Assembly: GCA_902783395.1 (NCBI GenBank)
Contig: CACZRA010000194.1
Span: forward strand, 1 to 36,223
Direction: 5' to 3'
DNA length: 36,223 nucleotides
Source: an uncultured Lachnospiraceae bacterium
GTDB taxonomy: Bacteria > Bacillota > Clostridia > Lachnospirales > Lachnospiraceae
In this document: one piece after another, positions 17,056 to 25,716 of the stretch
Numbering within the stretch: position 1 is the first letter of the stretch
Layout: each line of letters starts with the position of its first letter
The notes under the pieces: generated by a model
Database searches by the model: none
Told to the model about the DNA's origin: nothing
The model's input: the letters and a program-made list of their open reading frames with translations, nothing else
Made by a program: the position numbers and the translations under genes

Positions 17056-17150
17056 AAAAAAGGGAGGAGCCCGATATCCTTACGGATATCGGGCATTTTT
17101 ATGAAAAAGTTTTTGTAATAACGAAGCTGTCTTATTTATTTATTTTATGT
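17056..17150 (-). ncRNA. Candidate small regulatory RNA with anti-AUG and anti-SD motifs
   Basis: Minus strand: -10 TATACT (17161-17156), A-rich 5' part, ACUUUUUCAU, perfect 11-bp hairpin with GUAA (GNRA) loop (17094-17069), UCCUCCC, then U6. Ends are estimated. Confidence 0.55.
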
Positions 17151-17155
17151 TACAA

Positions 17156-17232
17156 AGTATAATGATCGAAAGTGAATAAATGATTTTACTCACATAAATG
17201 TTTTTTTAATGATTTATGAACAAATGATGAAC
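17156..17232 (-). promoter_or_regulatory. 11-bp-phased direct repeats plus -10 box (putative OmpR/PhoB-family activated promoter)
   Basis: Minus-strand hexamers starting at 17232, 17221, 17210, 17199, 17188, 17177 read GTTCAT, GTTCAT, ATTAAA, ATTTAT, TAAAAT, ATTCAC. The last lies 10 nt before TATACT; no -35 hexamer. Confidence 0.45.
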
Positions 17233-17271
17233 GAGTGAAAAAACCAATATCACCCGGAACAGGAGGAAAAA

Positions 17272-17817
17272 ATGTCAGAAGAAAGGAAGAATCCGATAGT
17301 AACGTTTACAATGGAGGGGGGAGCGGAATTTAAGGCAGAGCTTTATCCGGAGGTCGCCCCCAATACAGTGAATAATTTTATCTCACTTGTGTCAAAAGGG
17401 TACTATGACGGACTTATTTTTCACAGGGTAATAAAGGGATTTATGATCCAGGGCGGAGATCCTGACGGAACGGGTATGGGAGGCCCCGGTTATTCCATAA
17501 AAGGAGAGTTTAAAAGCAACGGCTTTGACAATGATCTGAAACACACGGAAGGTGTTCTTTCCATGGCGAGATCCATGATGCCGGACAGTGCGGGTTCACA
17601 GTTTTTTGTAATGCATAAGACTTCCCCCCACCTTGACGGAGATTACGCGGCTTTCGGCAAAGTGACAGAAGGTATGGATGTCGTAAACGGGATAGCGGAA
17701 TGTGAAACAGACTGGAATGACAGACCTTTAAAGGAACAGAAGCTGAGTTCCGTCACGGTAGAAACATTTGGTGTAGCTTATCCGGAACCGGAAAGATCGA
17801 TGATACCCTCGCCATGA
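17272..17817 (+). CDS. Cyclophilin-type peptidyl-prolyl cis-trans isomerase
   Basis: APNTVNNF, YDGLIFHRVIKGFMIQGGDP, LSMAR, AGSQFF, HLDGDYAAFGKV. SD AGGAGG. Confidence 0.96.
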   Translation: MSEERKNPIVTFTMEGGAEFKAELYPEVAPNTVNNFISLVSKGYYDGLIFHRVIKGFMIQGGDPDGTGMGGPGYSIKGEFKSNGFDNDLKHTEGVLSMARSMMPDSAGSQFFVMHKTSPHLDGDYAAFGKVTEGMDVVNGIAECETDWNDRPLKEQKLSSVTVETFGVAYPEPERSMIPSP

Positions 17818-17919
17818 ACAGTTTATTAAGCTTTGAGGGCTTCCACGGACAGGGAAAGCCGTATCTCCTGTACAAGGAATGAAGAACAGTCACGAAACGG
17901 TCAGAACGTTAACAAATTA

Positions 17920-17948
17920 TTGACATTGACCTATGTTTGGACTACACT
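17920..17948 (+). promoter_or_regulatory. Sigma-A promoter of the Lys/Ala-rich protein gene
   Basis: TTGACA-N17-TACACT. Confidence 0.7.
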
Positions 17949-17995
17949 TACCCAATAAAAATTCATTTTTCATTGATTTTGGAAGGGAGAATACA

Positions 17996-18616
17996 ATGGC
18001 GATCATCAAAAGGGCAGTTGCTTCCGCTGCAAACGAGAAGCCTGCAAACGGAGTGGTAAAGATAAACTCCATTGAGGAACCGAAAGCAAAACAGAAGGCT
18101 GAGGCTGCGGCAGCAGACAAAACGGCAAAGTCCACGGAAGCTGCAAAGGCAGTTAAGAAGGCACCGGCAAAGAAGACAGCAGCAAAGGCACCGGCAAAGA
18201 AGCCTGCATCAGCTGCTAAGAGTACGGCAGCAAAGCCTATAGAAAAGAAGGCCGAGACCAAGGCTCCCGCAAAGAAGACGGCAGTAAAGAAGACGGCGGC
18301 ACCGGCAAAGAAGGCACCGGCAGCAAAGAAAACAGAAGCAAAGAAGACGGTTGCAAAGAAGGCTCCGGCCAAGACAGCAGCAAAGAAGCCCGCAGCTGCA
18401 GCAAAGGCAGCGGCTCTTAAGGCTGAGCTTACAGTTGAGTTCAACGGACGCAGTGTCAAGAAGGAAGAGATCGATCAGGCATTTGAGGGCGTCTGGACAT
18501 ATGATATGCAGCGCAAGATGTCTGAGGTAAAGAAGGTGGATTATTATTTAAAGCCCGAAGAATCAGCTGTTTACTTTGTAGTCAACGACGGTACAGAGGG
18601 ACGCTTTGAGATTTAA
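17996..18616 (+). CDS. Lys/Ala/Pro-rich histone-H1-like protein with small C-terminal domain (DUF6465-like)
   Basis: Start at ATG 17996 behind GGAAGGGAG; repeated KAPAKK/KKTAAK units; C-terminal YYLKPEESAVYFVVN...G-x-F domain. Family name recalled, not searched. Confidence 0.75.
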   Translation: MAIIKRAVASAANEKPANGVVKINSIEEPKAKQKAEAAAADKTAKSTEAAKAVKKAPAKKTAAKAPAKKPASAAKSTAAKPIEKKAETKAPAKKTAVKKTAAPAKKAPAAKKTEAKKTVAKKAPAKTAAKKPAAAAKAAALKAELTVEFNGRSVKKEEIDQAFEGVWTYDMQRKMSEVKKVDYYLKPEESAVYFVVNDGTEGRFEI

Positions 18617-20336
18617 GCCAGAGTCTGACAATACCTTTGATGGAGCCGGTGGCATACGCCGCCGGCTCGTTTTAAATATAATCTCTGTTGCGGTCATTCT
18701 ATATACATTTTTTTTTCTGATATCAATATGCAGAGTTTCCTTTTCGGGCAGTCATATTCCGAACGAATACAGGGAAGCCGCGAATTTTGATCTTACCCTG
18801 TCGTTTATAAAGGGAGAAAATCCTTATACGCTCGATAACTTGAACGGCGAGGTACCCGCCTGCGTTTTCCAGTATGGGCCGTTGTTTTCGCTTTTGACGG
18901 CCGGCATCCATTTCCTGATACCCTTTATCGATATTTTTACGCTTCATTATGCAGTGGCTTTTTTATGTATTCTGGCGGCTGCGATAATGGCATCATATAT
19001 TGCAGCTGAAAACTCACAGACACTTTTGCCTCCTGCCTGCGTTTTTCTTTTTACCATCGCCTGTACATGGAGATACGGGTATATAAACGCGGTTCCCGAT
19101 ACACTCGGGGTTACGCTTCTGGTGCTCATTTTCTTTATAGAGACAAGAAAAAAGATATTTCCGAAGGAATATGCGGAGGCTGCGGTCGCAGTGGCTCTTT
19201 TATATACCAAACAGTATTTTATAATCATTGCGCTGAGTCTTTTCATATATAAGCTGATAACGGACAAAAAAGCGTGGATAAGGCTTTCGGTTTCGGGGAT
19301 CCTGATACTTTCGGCATCTGTTATCATACTGAATATTACCTGTCCGCTGTTTTTTACATATACTGTCCTGATAGTTCACGGTGTATCGGGGCAGTCGGTT
19401 GCATCAACCCATCCGCTGTTTTCCGGCATACTCTTTCCGGCGGCCGGACGGATCAGCCTGCTTTCTTCGGCGGTTCAACAGGAGCTTCCGTCTACGGGCT
19501 GGGCTTTTGAGATCATGCAGCTAAAGAGTCTTTCGGGTATTTTCATTTTCGTATTTGCCGGCATGCTGACGGGAGTCATAAGAGCCTTTGCTTCGAGGAC
19601 ACCGAGATTTTTTGCGAGCAGGCTTTTTGTGATCCATTCACTGGTCGCGTCCGCCGCTCTGTTATATCTCGGTCAGAATGACGGAGCATGGCTTTCGTAT
19701 TATCTGCAGCTTCTTATGCCGGCGGTGGTGATCTATTCTTTTATTTCGATAGAAAAGGATGTGCTTGATGAAGGTATGAAACGTATATATAAGGCGGCAT
19801 ATATCCTTCTTATGCTTTTCATGGTGATGTATACCACATACAGGATGGATTCGAGACTTCCGTATTTTGAAAAGGATGACACGGTTTTGGCGGAATGGGA
19901 TAAGGCATACAGATACTGTGACGCGTATGCTTCATCCGGTGAAATACTCTACAGGGCTCCGCTTGGGATAAATGCCCTTGCTGAAGGAAGATATCTGTAT
20001 GACAACGGTCATGAGATGGCGATACACCAACGTTTCCTTGATGAGTATAACGGGAGTGCCTTTTACCGGATGCTTTTTCCGTATGGCGGACAGCTTATGG
20101 AACAGCATCTCAGATATCGTGAGATAATGAGGAAAAAGATCCTGAATAAGGAATACAGTCTTGTTTTTGATACGGATGTTGACGGGGAGCTGGTAAGTAC
20201 CGGTGATCTCGAGGCGGGAGGATATGTTAAGCTTGATACACTGTCTCTTGATATGGGGTGGGCCTCATATGATATTGATCTCTGGATCCCGTCAGACGGA
20301 GATAAGCCATCCTTCGTGACAGAGGGTTGGACCTGA
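18606..20336 (+). CDS. Polytopic membrane protein, possibly a GT-C-fold glycosyltransferase
   Basis: About 10-12 hydrophobic segments; first loop has EYRE and NPY...YGPL, later PD and TKQ motifs, and a soluble C-terminal domain. The TTG start overlapping the upstream gene is uncertain. Confidence 0.5.
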   Translation: MRFKPESDNTFDGAGGIRRRLVLNIISVAVILYTFFFLISICRVSFSGSHIPNEYREAANFDLTLSFIKGENPYTLDNLNGEVPACVFQYGPLFSLLTAGIHFLIPFIDIFTLHYAVAFLCILAAAIMASYIAAENSQTLLPPACVFLFTIACTWRYGYINAVPDTLGVTLLVLIFFIETRKKIFPKEYAEAAVAVALLYTKQYFIIIALSLFIYKLITDKKAWIRLSVSGILILSASVIILNITCPLFFTYTVLIVHGVSGQSVASTHPLFSGILFPAAGRISLLSSAVQQELPSTGWAFEIMQLKSLSGIFIFVFAGMLTGVIRAFASRTPRFFASRLFVIHSLVASAALLYLGQNDGAWLSYYLQLLMPAVVIYSFISIEKDVLDEGMKRIYKAAYILLMLFMVMYTTYRMDSRLPYFEKDDTVLAEWDKAYRYCDAYASSGEILYRAPLGINALAEGRYLYDNGHEMAIHQRFLDEYNGSAFYRMLFPYGGQLMEQHLRYREIMRKKILNKEYSLVFDTDVDGELVSTGDLEAGGYVKLDTLSLDMGWASYDIDLWIPSDGDKPSFVTEGWT

Positions 20337-20342
20337 CAGGGT

Positions 20343-20371
20343 TTGAAGTCCTCTATTATAAGTGTTATTAT
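20343..20371 (+). promoter_or_regulatory. Putative sigma-A promoter of the ech-hyp operon
   Basis: TTGAAG-N17-TATTAT with extended TG (TGT TATTAT). Confidence 0.6.
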
Positions 20372-20418
20372 AGGTTTTAGTTGTTTTTGTACGTATTGAT
20401 CAAACAAGGGGGAGCGGT

Positions 20419-22398
20419 TTGCCGGTTTTGGCGTTTCTTATATTATTTCCGTTTGCGATCGCCTTTATCCTTTTTTTTCTGAAGAAGGATTCAAAGGGGC
20501 GTTCTTTTGTTGTCATATCCGGAGGGCTGGCAGAGCTTGCGGGTTCTGTCCTTTTTGCGGCGGATAATCTGATGAATCATGACATGGAAATGGGGACCTA
20601 CTATCTTAAGGAAACCCATATGACCGATATGTTCATTGCGGCATTGGAGCTTTGTCTTATGCTGCTCGTCATTTTTCTTTCGGTAAAATATAAAAAGTAT
20701 TATGTGATACTGCTTTCGGCTCTCGGAACCCTGCCGGTCCTTTATATGGATATTTCCGGAGCCGCAGAAACAACAGCATCGCATTTCAAGGTGGATCATC
20801 TGACACTTATCATGGTGCTAGTAGTGGGTGTGGTAGGTTCTCTTATCTGTATCTATGCTGTGGGATATATAAGGGATTATCATCATCACCATACGGAATT
20901 TACGGACCGGTCGGGGTATTTTCTTTCCCTGCTTTTTGTATTTCTCGGGGCCATGATGGGTCTTATAAGCTCTGATAATCTCATGTGGATGTATTTCTTC
21001 TGGGAGATAACATCGGTCTGCTCTTTCCTTCTGATAGGATATTCAAGGACTGCGGAGGCGGTCAATAATTCCTTCAGGGCCTTGTGGATGAATCTTCTCG
21101 GCGGATGCGGCTTCATGGCGGCTATCGTTTTCTGTATCTATGTTATGGAGATAACCAATATCTCCCAGCTGCTGTTGTTTACAACAATGCCGGTGCTTGC
21201 AATATTTCCGGTGGCGATGCTTTCGTTTGCGGCGCTCACAAAGTCCGCACAGATGCCCTTCAGCAGATGGCTTCTGGGGGCAATGGTAGCGCCTACACCG
21301 ACATCGGCACTCCTGCATTCCGCTACCATGGTCAAAGCGGGGGTGTACCTGCTTTTGAGGCTTTCGCCTGTTATGTATGAAACGTATGTGGGGACGATGG
21401 TCACGGCGATAGGAGGATTTACTTTCTTTGCGGCATCGCTTCTTGCCATAACGGTATCGGACGGAAAGAAGGTGCTTGCATATTCCACGATATCAAATCT
21501 CGGACTCATCACGGCTGCTGCAGGATGCGGTATGGCGGAGGCTGTATGGGCAGGGATAATGCTCCTCATATTCCACGCAGTTACCAAATCAATGATGTTC
21601 ATGTCAGTCGGGGCGTATGAAAATTCCACCGGCAGCAGGGATGTGGAGGATATGCATGGAATGATAGTGAGGTATCCGAAGCTTGCCTTTGTGATGACTA
21701 TAGGTATTTTCGGCATGTCAGTGGTGCCGATGGGAATGTGTGTAGCAAAATGGGCAGCGCTCAAGGCCTTTATTGATACAGGAAATATATATCTTATCCT
21801 GTTTTTATGCTTTGGTTCGGCGTCCACTCTTTTCTACTGGATCAAATGGCTCGGAAAGATATTCAGCGTGTCAAAGGGATCAAAAAGACATGAGGATACC
21901 GTGCACGGCAGTGAATGGGTCGCTATCTATCCGCTTTCGGCCATAGCTGTTATACTTTGCCTGGTATACCCGTTTATAAGCAGGTTTTCAGTCACTCCTT
22001 ATATTCAGAATGCTTTCAGCGGGTCATTGAACCGGCTTGTTTCCGCTGCTACTGCTGACAGTCTGTTGGGATCGACTGACAATATCGTCGCTATAAGCAC
22101 GGAGGATTTTGTTATCATGGGAGTCATGCTGATCTGCATGTGCATACTGCCACTCGCGATGAAATATGTGAACAGTGTACAGGAGAGACGGGTAATGTCG
22201 TATATGTCCGGATTCAATACGGGAGATGACAGAAGCTTTTATGACAGCTTCGGAAATGAGCGCGGGCAGTATCTTTCAAACTGGTATATGAATGATATTT
22301 TCGGTGAGAAAAAGATACTGGCCGCATGTCTTATGATCACGGCTGCGTTTCTTGTGGTAATGATGGGAATATGTACCATGGGAGGACTTTTCCTATGA
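20419..22398 (+). CDS. echA: Ech hydrogenase subunit A (NuoL/MrpA-like antiporter subunit)
   Basis: FFWEITSVCSFLLIGY, KSAQMPF..WL..AMVAPTPTSALLHSATMVKAGVYL, KKVLAYSTIS, HAVTKS. TTG start after AAGGGGGAG. Confidence 0.93.
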   Translation: MPVLAFLILFPFAIAFILFFLKKDSKGRSFVVISGGLAELAGSVLFAADNLMNHDMEMGTYYLKETHMTDMFIAALELCLMLLVIFLSVKYKKYYVILLSALGTLPVLYMDISGAAETTASHFKVDHLTLIMVLVVGVVGSLICIYAVGYIRDYHHHHTEFTDRSGYFLSLLFVFLGAMMGLISSDNLMWMYFFWEITSVCSFLLIGYSRTAEAVNNSFRALWMNLLGGCGFMAAIVFCIYVMEITNISQLLLFTTMPVLAIFPVAMLSFAALTKSAQMPFSRWLLGAMVAPTPTSALLHSATMVKAGVYLLLRLSPVMYETYVGTMVTAIGGFTFFAASLLAITVSDGKKVLAYSTISNLGLITAAAGCGMAEAVWAGIMLLIFHAVTKSMMFMSVGAYENSTGSRDVEDMHGMIVRYPKLAFVMTIGIFGMSVVPMGMCVAKWAALKAFIDTGNIYLILFLCFGSASTLFYWIKWLGKIFSVSKGSKRHEDTVHGSEWVAIYPLSAIAVILCLVYPFISRFSVTPYIQNAFSGSLNRLVSAATADSLLGSTDNIVAISTEDFVIMGVMLICMCILPLAMKYVNSVQERRVMSYMSGFNTGDDRSFYDSFGNERGQYLSNWYMNDIFGEKKILAACLMITAAFLVVMMGICTMGGLFL

Positions 22399-23267
22399 CT
22401 ATGATCGGTATGATCGCGGTTATCATATATCTGGTGATATCCCCGTTAATAGCATGTCTGATCTCGGGAGTGGACAGGGTCGTTACCGCGCGGATGCAGG
22501 GCAGAAAAGGACCTAAGCTTATGCAGCCCTGGTATGACATAGTGAAGCTTTTCGCCAAGGAAGCTACTTCGGTAAATGATATGCAGAAGATACTGGTCAT
22601 GGCGCACTGCTTTTTTGCTATCTTCAGCGGAGCGGTTTTTTTCGCAGGAGGAGACATCCTGCTCGTTCTTTTTGCGCTTACCATGGCGGAGGTATTTCTT
22701 GTTCTTGCCGCATACAGTGTAAATGCCGCATATTCAGAGCTGGGGGCGCAGAGGGAGCTGCTGCAGATGATGGCCTACGAACCAATGACGCTCCTTACGG
22801 CTGTGGGATTTTACCTTTCGACAGGATCCTTTAAGGTTGAGGATATAATAAAGACCGATATTCCGCTCATAATAAAGATGCCGGGCTTTTTTATAGGATT
22901 TTGTTTTATTCTTGTTATCAAGATGCGGAAATCACCGTTTGATCTGGCTACCTCGCATCATGCGCACCAGGAAGTCATAAAGGGACTTACAGGAGACCTG
23001 TCCGGACCTGTTTACGGCTTTTCAGAGCTTGCTGAGCTGTACGAAGAGGTTTTGATGCTCGGGATAGTGGGACTGTTTTTTGTGACGTCCGATCCCCTGA
23101 GCCTTGCAGGGGCTGCGGCCGCGATAATAATTGTGATGTTTTGTATGTCGCTTACAGACAATATCTTCCCAAGAGTAAAATGGGAGGGAATGCTCAAGGC
23201 GGCATGGATCGTGACGTTTTTTGCGGGAGGCGCGAACCTCGTCGTTCTTTCGCTTTTGAACCGATAA
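22395..23267 (+). CDS. echB: Ech hydrogenase subunit B (NuoH-like)
   Basis: DRVVTARMQGRKGP, QPWYDIVKL, YEP, KSPFDL, PR. Start at ATG 22395 (ATGA overlap with echA, SD GGAGGA). Confidence 0.93.
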   Translation: MTMIGMIAVIIYLVISPLIACLISGVDRVVTARMQGRKGPKLMQPWYDIVKLFAKEATSVNDMQKILVMAHCFFAIFSGAVFFAGGDILLVLFALTMAEVFLVLAAYSVNAAYSELGAQRELLQMMAYEPMTLLTAVGFYLSTGSFKVEDIIKTDIPLIIKMPGFFIGFCFILVIKMRKSPFDLATSHHAHQEVIKGLTGDLSGPVYGFSELAELYEEVLMLGIVGLFFVTSDPLSLAGAAAAIIIVMFCMSLTDNIFPRVKWEGMLKAAWIVTFFAGGANLVVLSLLNR

Positions 23268-23293
23268 TAATGCTGGTCATCGGAGGTGCTTAG

Positions 23294-23797
23294 ATGAGGA
23301 TCTCAAAAAGTCCATGGCTGCTCCATTATGACGGGAGCAGCTGCAATGGGTGTGATATAGAGGTATTGGCGGCTACAACTCCAAGATTTGATGTGGAGCG
23401 CTTTGGGATAATAAATACGGGCAATCCCAGACATGCGGATATTTTTCTCTGTACGGGAGGCGTTAATTCACAGAATAAGGATGTAGTGCGTCAGATATAT
23501 GATCAGATGCCCGATCCCAAGGTCGTGCTTGCCTGCGGGATCTGTGCCTGTGACGGAGGGATATTTAAGGACTGTTATAATATAATGGGCGGCACGGATA
23601 CGGTGATCCCCGTGGATGTGTATGTACCCGGATGCGCCGTAAGACCGGAAGCGCTTATAGACGGGGTTGTGAAGGCGCTTAAGCTGCTTGACGAAAAGGC
23701 TGAAAAGATGAAACGGGGAGAATATAAGAGCCTGACCTCGGCAGAATATGAGGCCGCACGCAGGCAGGATGCGGCTGAGGAGAAGAACAATGCTTGA
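23294..23797 (+). CDS. echC: Ech hydrogenase small subunit C
   Basis: SCNGCDIE, ERFG, PRHAD, GICAC-x-GG, DVYVPGC (NuoB-type Fe-S ligands). Confidence 0.95.
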   Translation: MRISKSPWLLHYDGSSCNGCDIEVLAATTPRFDVERFGIINTGNPRHADIFLCTGGVNSQNKDVVRQIYDQMPDPKVVLACGICACDGGIFKDCYNIMGGTDTVIPVDVYVPGCAVRPEALIDGVVKALKLLDEKAEKMKRGEYKSLTSAEYEAARRQDAAEEKNNA

Positions 23798-24122
23798 AAA
23801 CCTGGAAGAGATCGAACTCATAGGGCTGCTCAATAAGGCCAAGGAGATAAAAAATGACGGATACAGGGTCATGCAGATCTGTGCGACAAAGATCGAGGAT
23901 GATTATGAGCTCCTTTATACCTTCGGACGGGGATATGATATCAGACATATAAAGACGGTCATTTCTCCGGGAGTTCATGTGCCGAGCGTGTCGGATATTT
24001 TTCCCGCGGCTTTTCTCTATGAAAATGAAATGCATGATCTGTTCGGAATAGCGATCGACGGAATAAACCATGACTATAAGGGCGGGTTGTACCGTACTGC
24101 GGTAGAGACACCGTTTGCCTGA
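23790..24122 (+). CDS. echD: Ech hydrogenase subunit D (NuoC-like)
   Basis: GYRVMQICAT, YELLYTF, VPSVS..FPAAFLYENEMHDLFGI. Start at ATG 23790 after GAGGAG. Confidence 0.9.
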   Translation: MLENLEEIELIGLLNKAKEIKNDGYRVMQICATKIEDDYELLYTFGRGYDIRHIKTVISPGVHVPSVSDIFPAAFLYENEMHDLFGIAIDGINHDYKGGLYRTAVETPFA

Positions 24123-24134
24123 TCGGAGGAAGAA

Positions 24135-25217
24135 ATGGCAGGAAAAAGAAGTGTTATCCCATTCGGACCGCAGCATCCGGTTTTACCGGAGCCCATACAT
24201 ATAGATCTTATAACCGAGGATGAAAAGGTTGTAGAAGCTGTCCCCTCCATAGGCTTTGTCCACAGAGGACTGGAGCAGCTCGTTACAAAAAAGGACTTCG
24301 GCGAGATGGTTTATGTGGCGGAAAGGATCTGCGGGATATGCTCTTTCGGACACGGATACGGATATGTTAATGCCATAGAGCATATTATGGACATACATCC
24401 CACGGACAGGGCGAGATTTATACGCACCATGCTCTTTGAACTGTCGCGTATGCATTCTCATATACTGTGGCTCGGTCTCATGGCAGATGCATTCGGGTTT
24501 GAGAGCCTTTTCATGGAGACCTGGAAATACAGGGAAAAGATCCTTGATATGCTCGAGGCGGCAACGGGCGGTAGAGTCATCTTTTCCATTATCAGGATAG
24601 GCGGCCTGAGGAAGGATGTTCCGGATGAAGTCATGCAGGGGTTCCTGCCTGAGCTTGATAAGGTGGTCGAGGGGATAAAAAGCTGTGAGAAGGTGTTCCT
24701 GTCAGATCCGGCTGTTTTAAGCCGTTTGAAGGGAATAGGTTATCTTTCAAAGGAGGACGCCATAGCGCTTGGATGTGAGGGACCTTTTCTTCGGGCCTCC
24801 GGTGTGGATACGGATAACAGGATGAGGGGCTACGCGGCATACAGCTCCGTTGATTTCGATATCATCACCTCAGACGAGGGGGATTCCTATGCGAGGTGTT
24901 ATGTACGTATACAGGAGATATACCAGTCGGCGTCCATTATCAGACAGTGTATTGAGAAGATGCCAAAAGAAGGAATATATGTACCGATCAAGGGATTTCC
25001 AAACGGGGAATATATGACGGTCATTGAACAGCCGAGAGGCGGTGCCTGTTATTATGTACATTCCTCGGGGAGGAAATTCATAGAACGGATGAGAGTCAGG
25101 ACACCAACCTTTGCAAATATCCCTGCTCTGACAAAGACACTGCAGGGATGCGATGTGGCTGATGTTCCCATACTGGTGGTTACGATAGACCCGTGCATAT
25201 CCTGTACTGAGAGATAA
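24135..25217 (+). CDS. echE: Ech hydrogenase large [NiFe] subunit E
   Basis: PFGPQHP, HRGLE, L1 motif ERICGICS, L2 motif DPCISCTER at the very C-terminus (no cleavable extension). Confidence 0.96.
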   Translation: MAGKRSVIPFGPQHPVLPEPIHIDLITEDEKVVEAVPSIGFVHRGLEQLVTKKDFGEMVYVAERICGICSFGHGYGYVNAIEHIMDIHPTDRARFIRTMLFELSRMHSHILWLGLMADAFGFESLFMETWKYREKILDMLEAATGGRVIFSIIRIGGLRKDVPDEVMQGFLPELDKVVEGIKSCEKVFLSDPAVLSRLKGIGYLSKEDAIALGCEGPFLRASGVDTDNRMRGYAAYSSVDFDIITSDEGDSYARCYVRIQEIYQSASIIRQCIEKMPKEGIYVPIKGFPNGEYMTVIEQPRGGACYYVHSSGRKFIERMRVRTPTFANIPALTKTLQGCDVADVPILVVTIDPCISCTER

Positions 25218-25221
25218 ATAT

Positions 25222-25716
25222 ATGTCATTGGTAAATTTTACAAAAACTGAATTAAAGAATCTCTTTTCAAAACCCGCTACGGAAAAGTATCCGGACGGTC
25301 CCGCTACATACAAAGAGGGGACCAGGGGACATATAGTCAACAACATGGATGCGTGCGTGCTTTGCGGAGTGTGCCAGATGAGATGTCCCACGAGAGCGAT
25401 CACGGTTGACAGGAAGGGACAGACCTGGTCAATAAGGCCGTTTTCATGCATACAGTGCCGGCGCTGCGTGGATAACTGTCCCAAGAAATCTCTTTCCATG
25501 GCAAAGGAGTATACTGAGCCTGACGTGGAGAAAAGCCAGATGGATTTTGAGCTTTCGGACAGGCAGAAGGAAGTGCTTGCAGAGCAGGCAAGACAGGCAG
25601 CGGAAAGAGCAAAAGCAGCCATGCTTGCAACAAAGCAGAAGACCGTACAGGCAAAGGAAGACAAGCCGGGAGAAAAGCCGGGAGCGGATCCCGATCCCGG
25701 AAAAGCTGACAAATGA
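25222..25716 (+). CDS. echF: Ech hydrogenase subunit F, 2x[4Fe-4S]
   Basis: CVLCGVCQMRCP and CIQCRRCVDNCP; charged C-terminal tail. Confidence 0.93.
   Translation: MSLVNFTKTELKNLFSKPATEKYPDGPATYKEGTRGHIVNNMDACVLCGVCQMRCPTRAITVDRKGQTWSIRPFSCIQCRRCVDNCPKKSLSMAKEYTEPDVEKSQMDFELSDRQKEVLAEQARQAAERAKAAMLATKQKTVQAKEDKPGEKPGADPDPGKADK

Noticed and set aside
17061-17118. Plus-strand SD AGGGAGGAG and mini-ORF MKKFL*
   Set aside because: SD and ATG are about 30 nt apart across a strong hairpin, downstream of the fba terminator and with no promoter seen; better explained as the complement of the minus-strand sRNA, though not fully excluded.
17917-18459. 180-aa minus-strand Ala/Phe-rich ORF that looks like a membrane protein
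   Set aside because: Antisense shadow of the Lys/Ala repeat gene (AAG/GCA codons read as Phe/Leu/Ala); no independent SD or promoter.
20381-20407. TTGTTT...AAACAA inverted repeat upstream of echA as a Rex operator
   Set aside because: Arm sequence and spacing do not fit the TTGT(T/G)AA-N4-TT(A/C)ACAA consensus.
10385-23789. Longer ORF-track starts (7021, 10385, 15585, 17933, 22326, 23748, 30144)
   Set aside because: Downstream ATGs have better SD spacing, stop/start overlaps or family-consistent N-termini.
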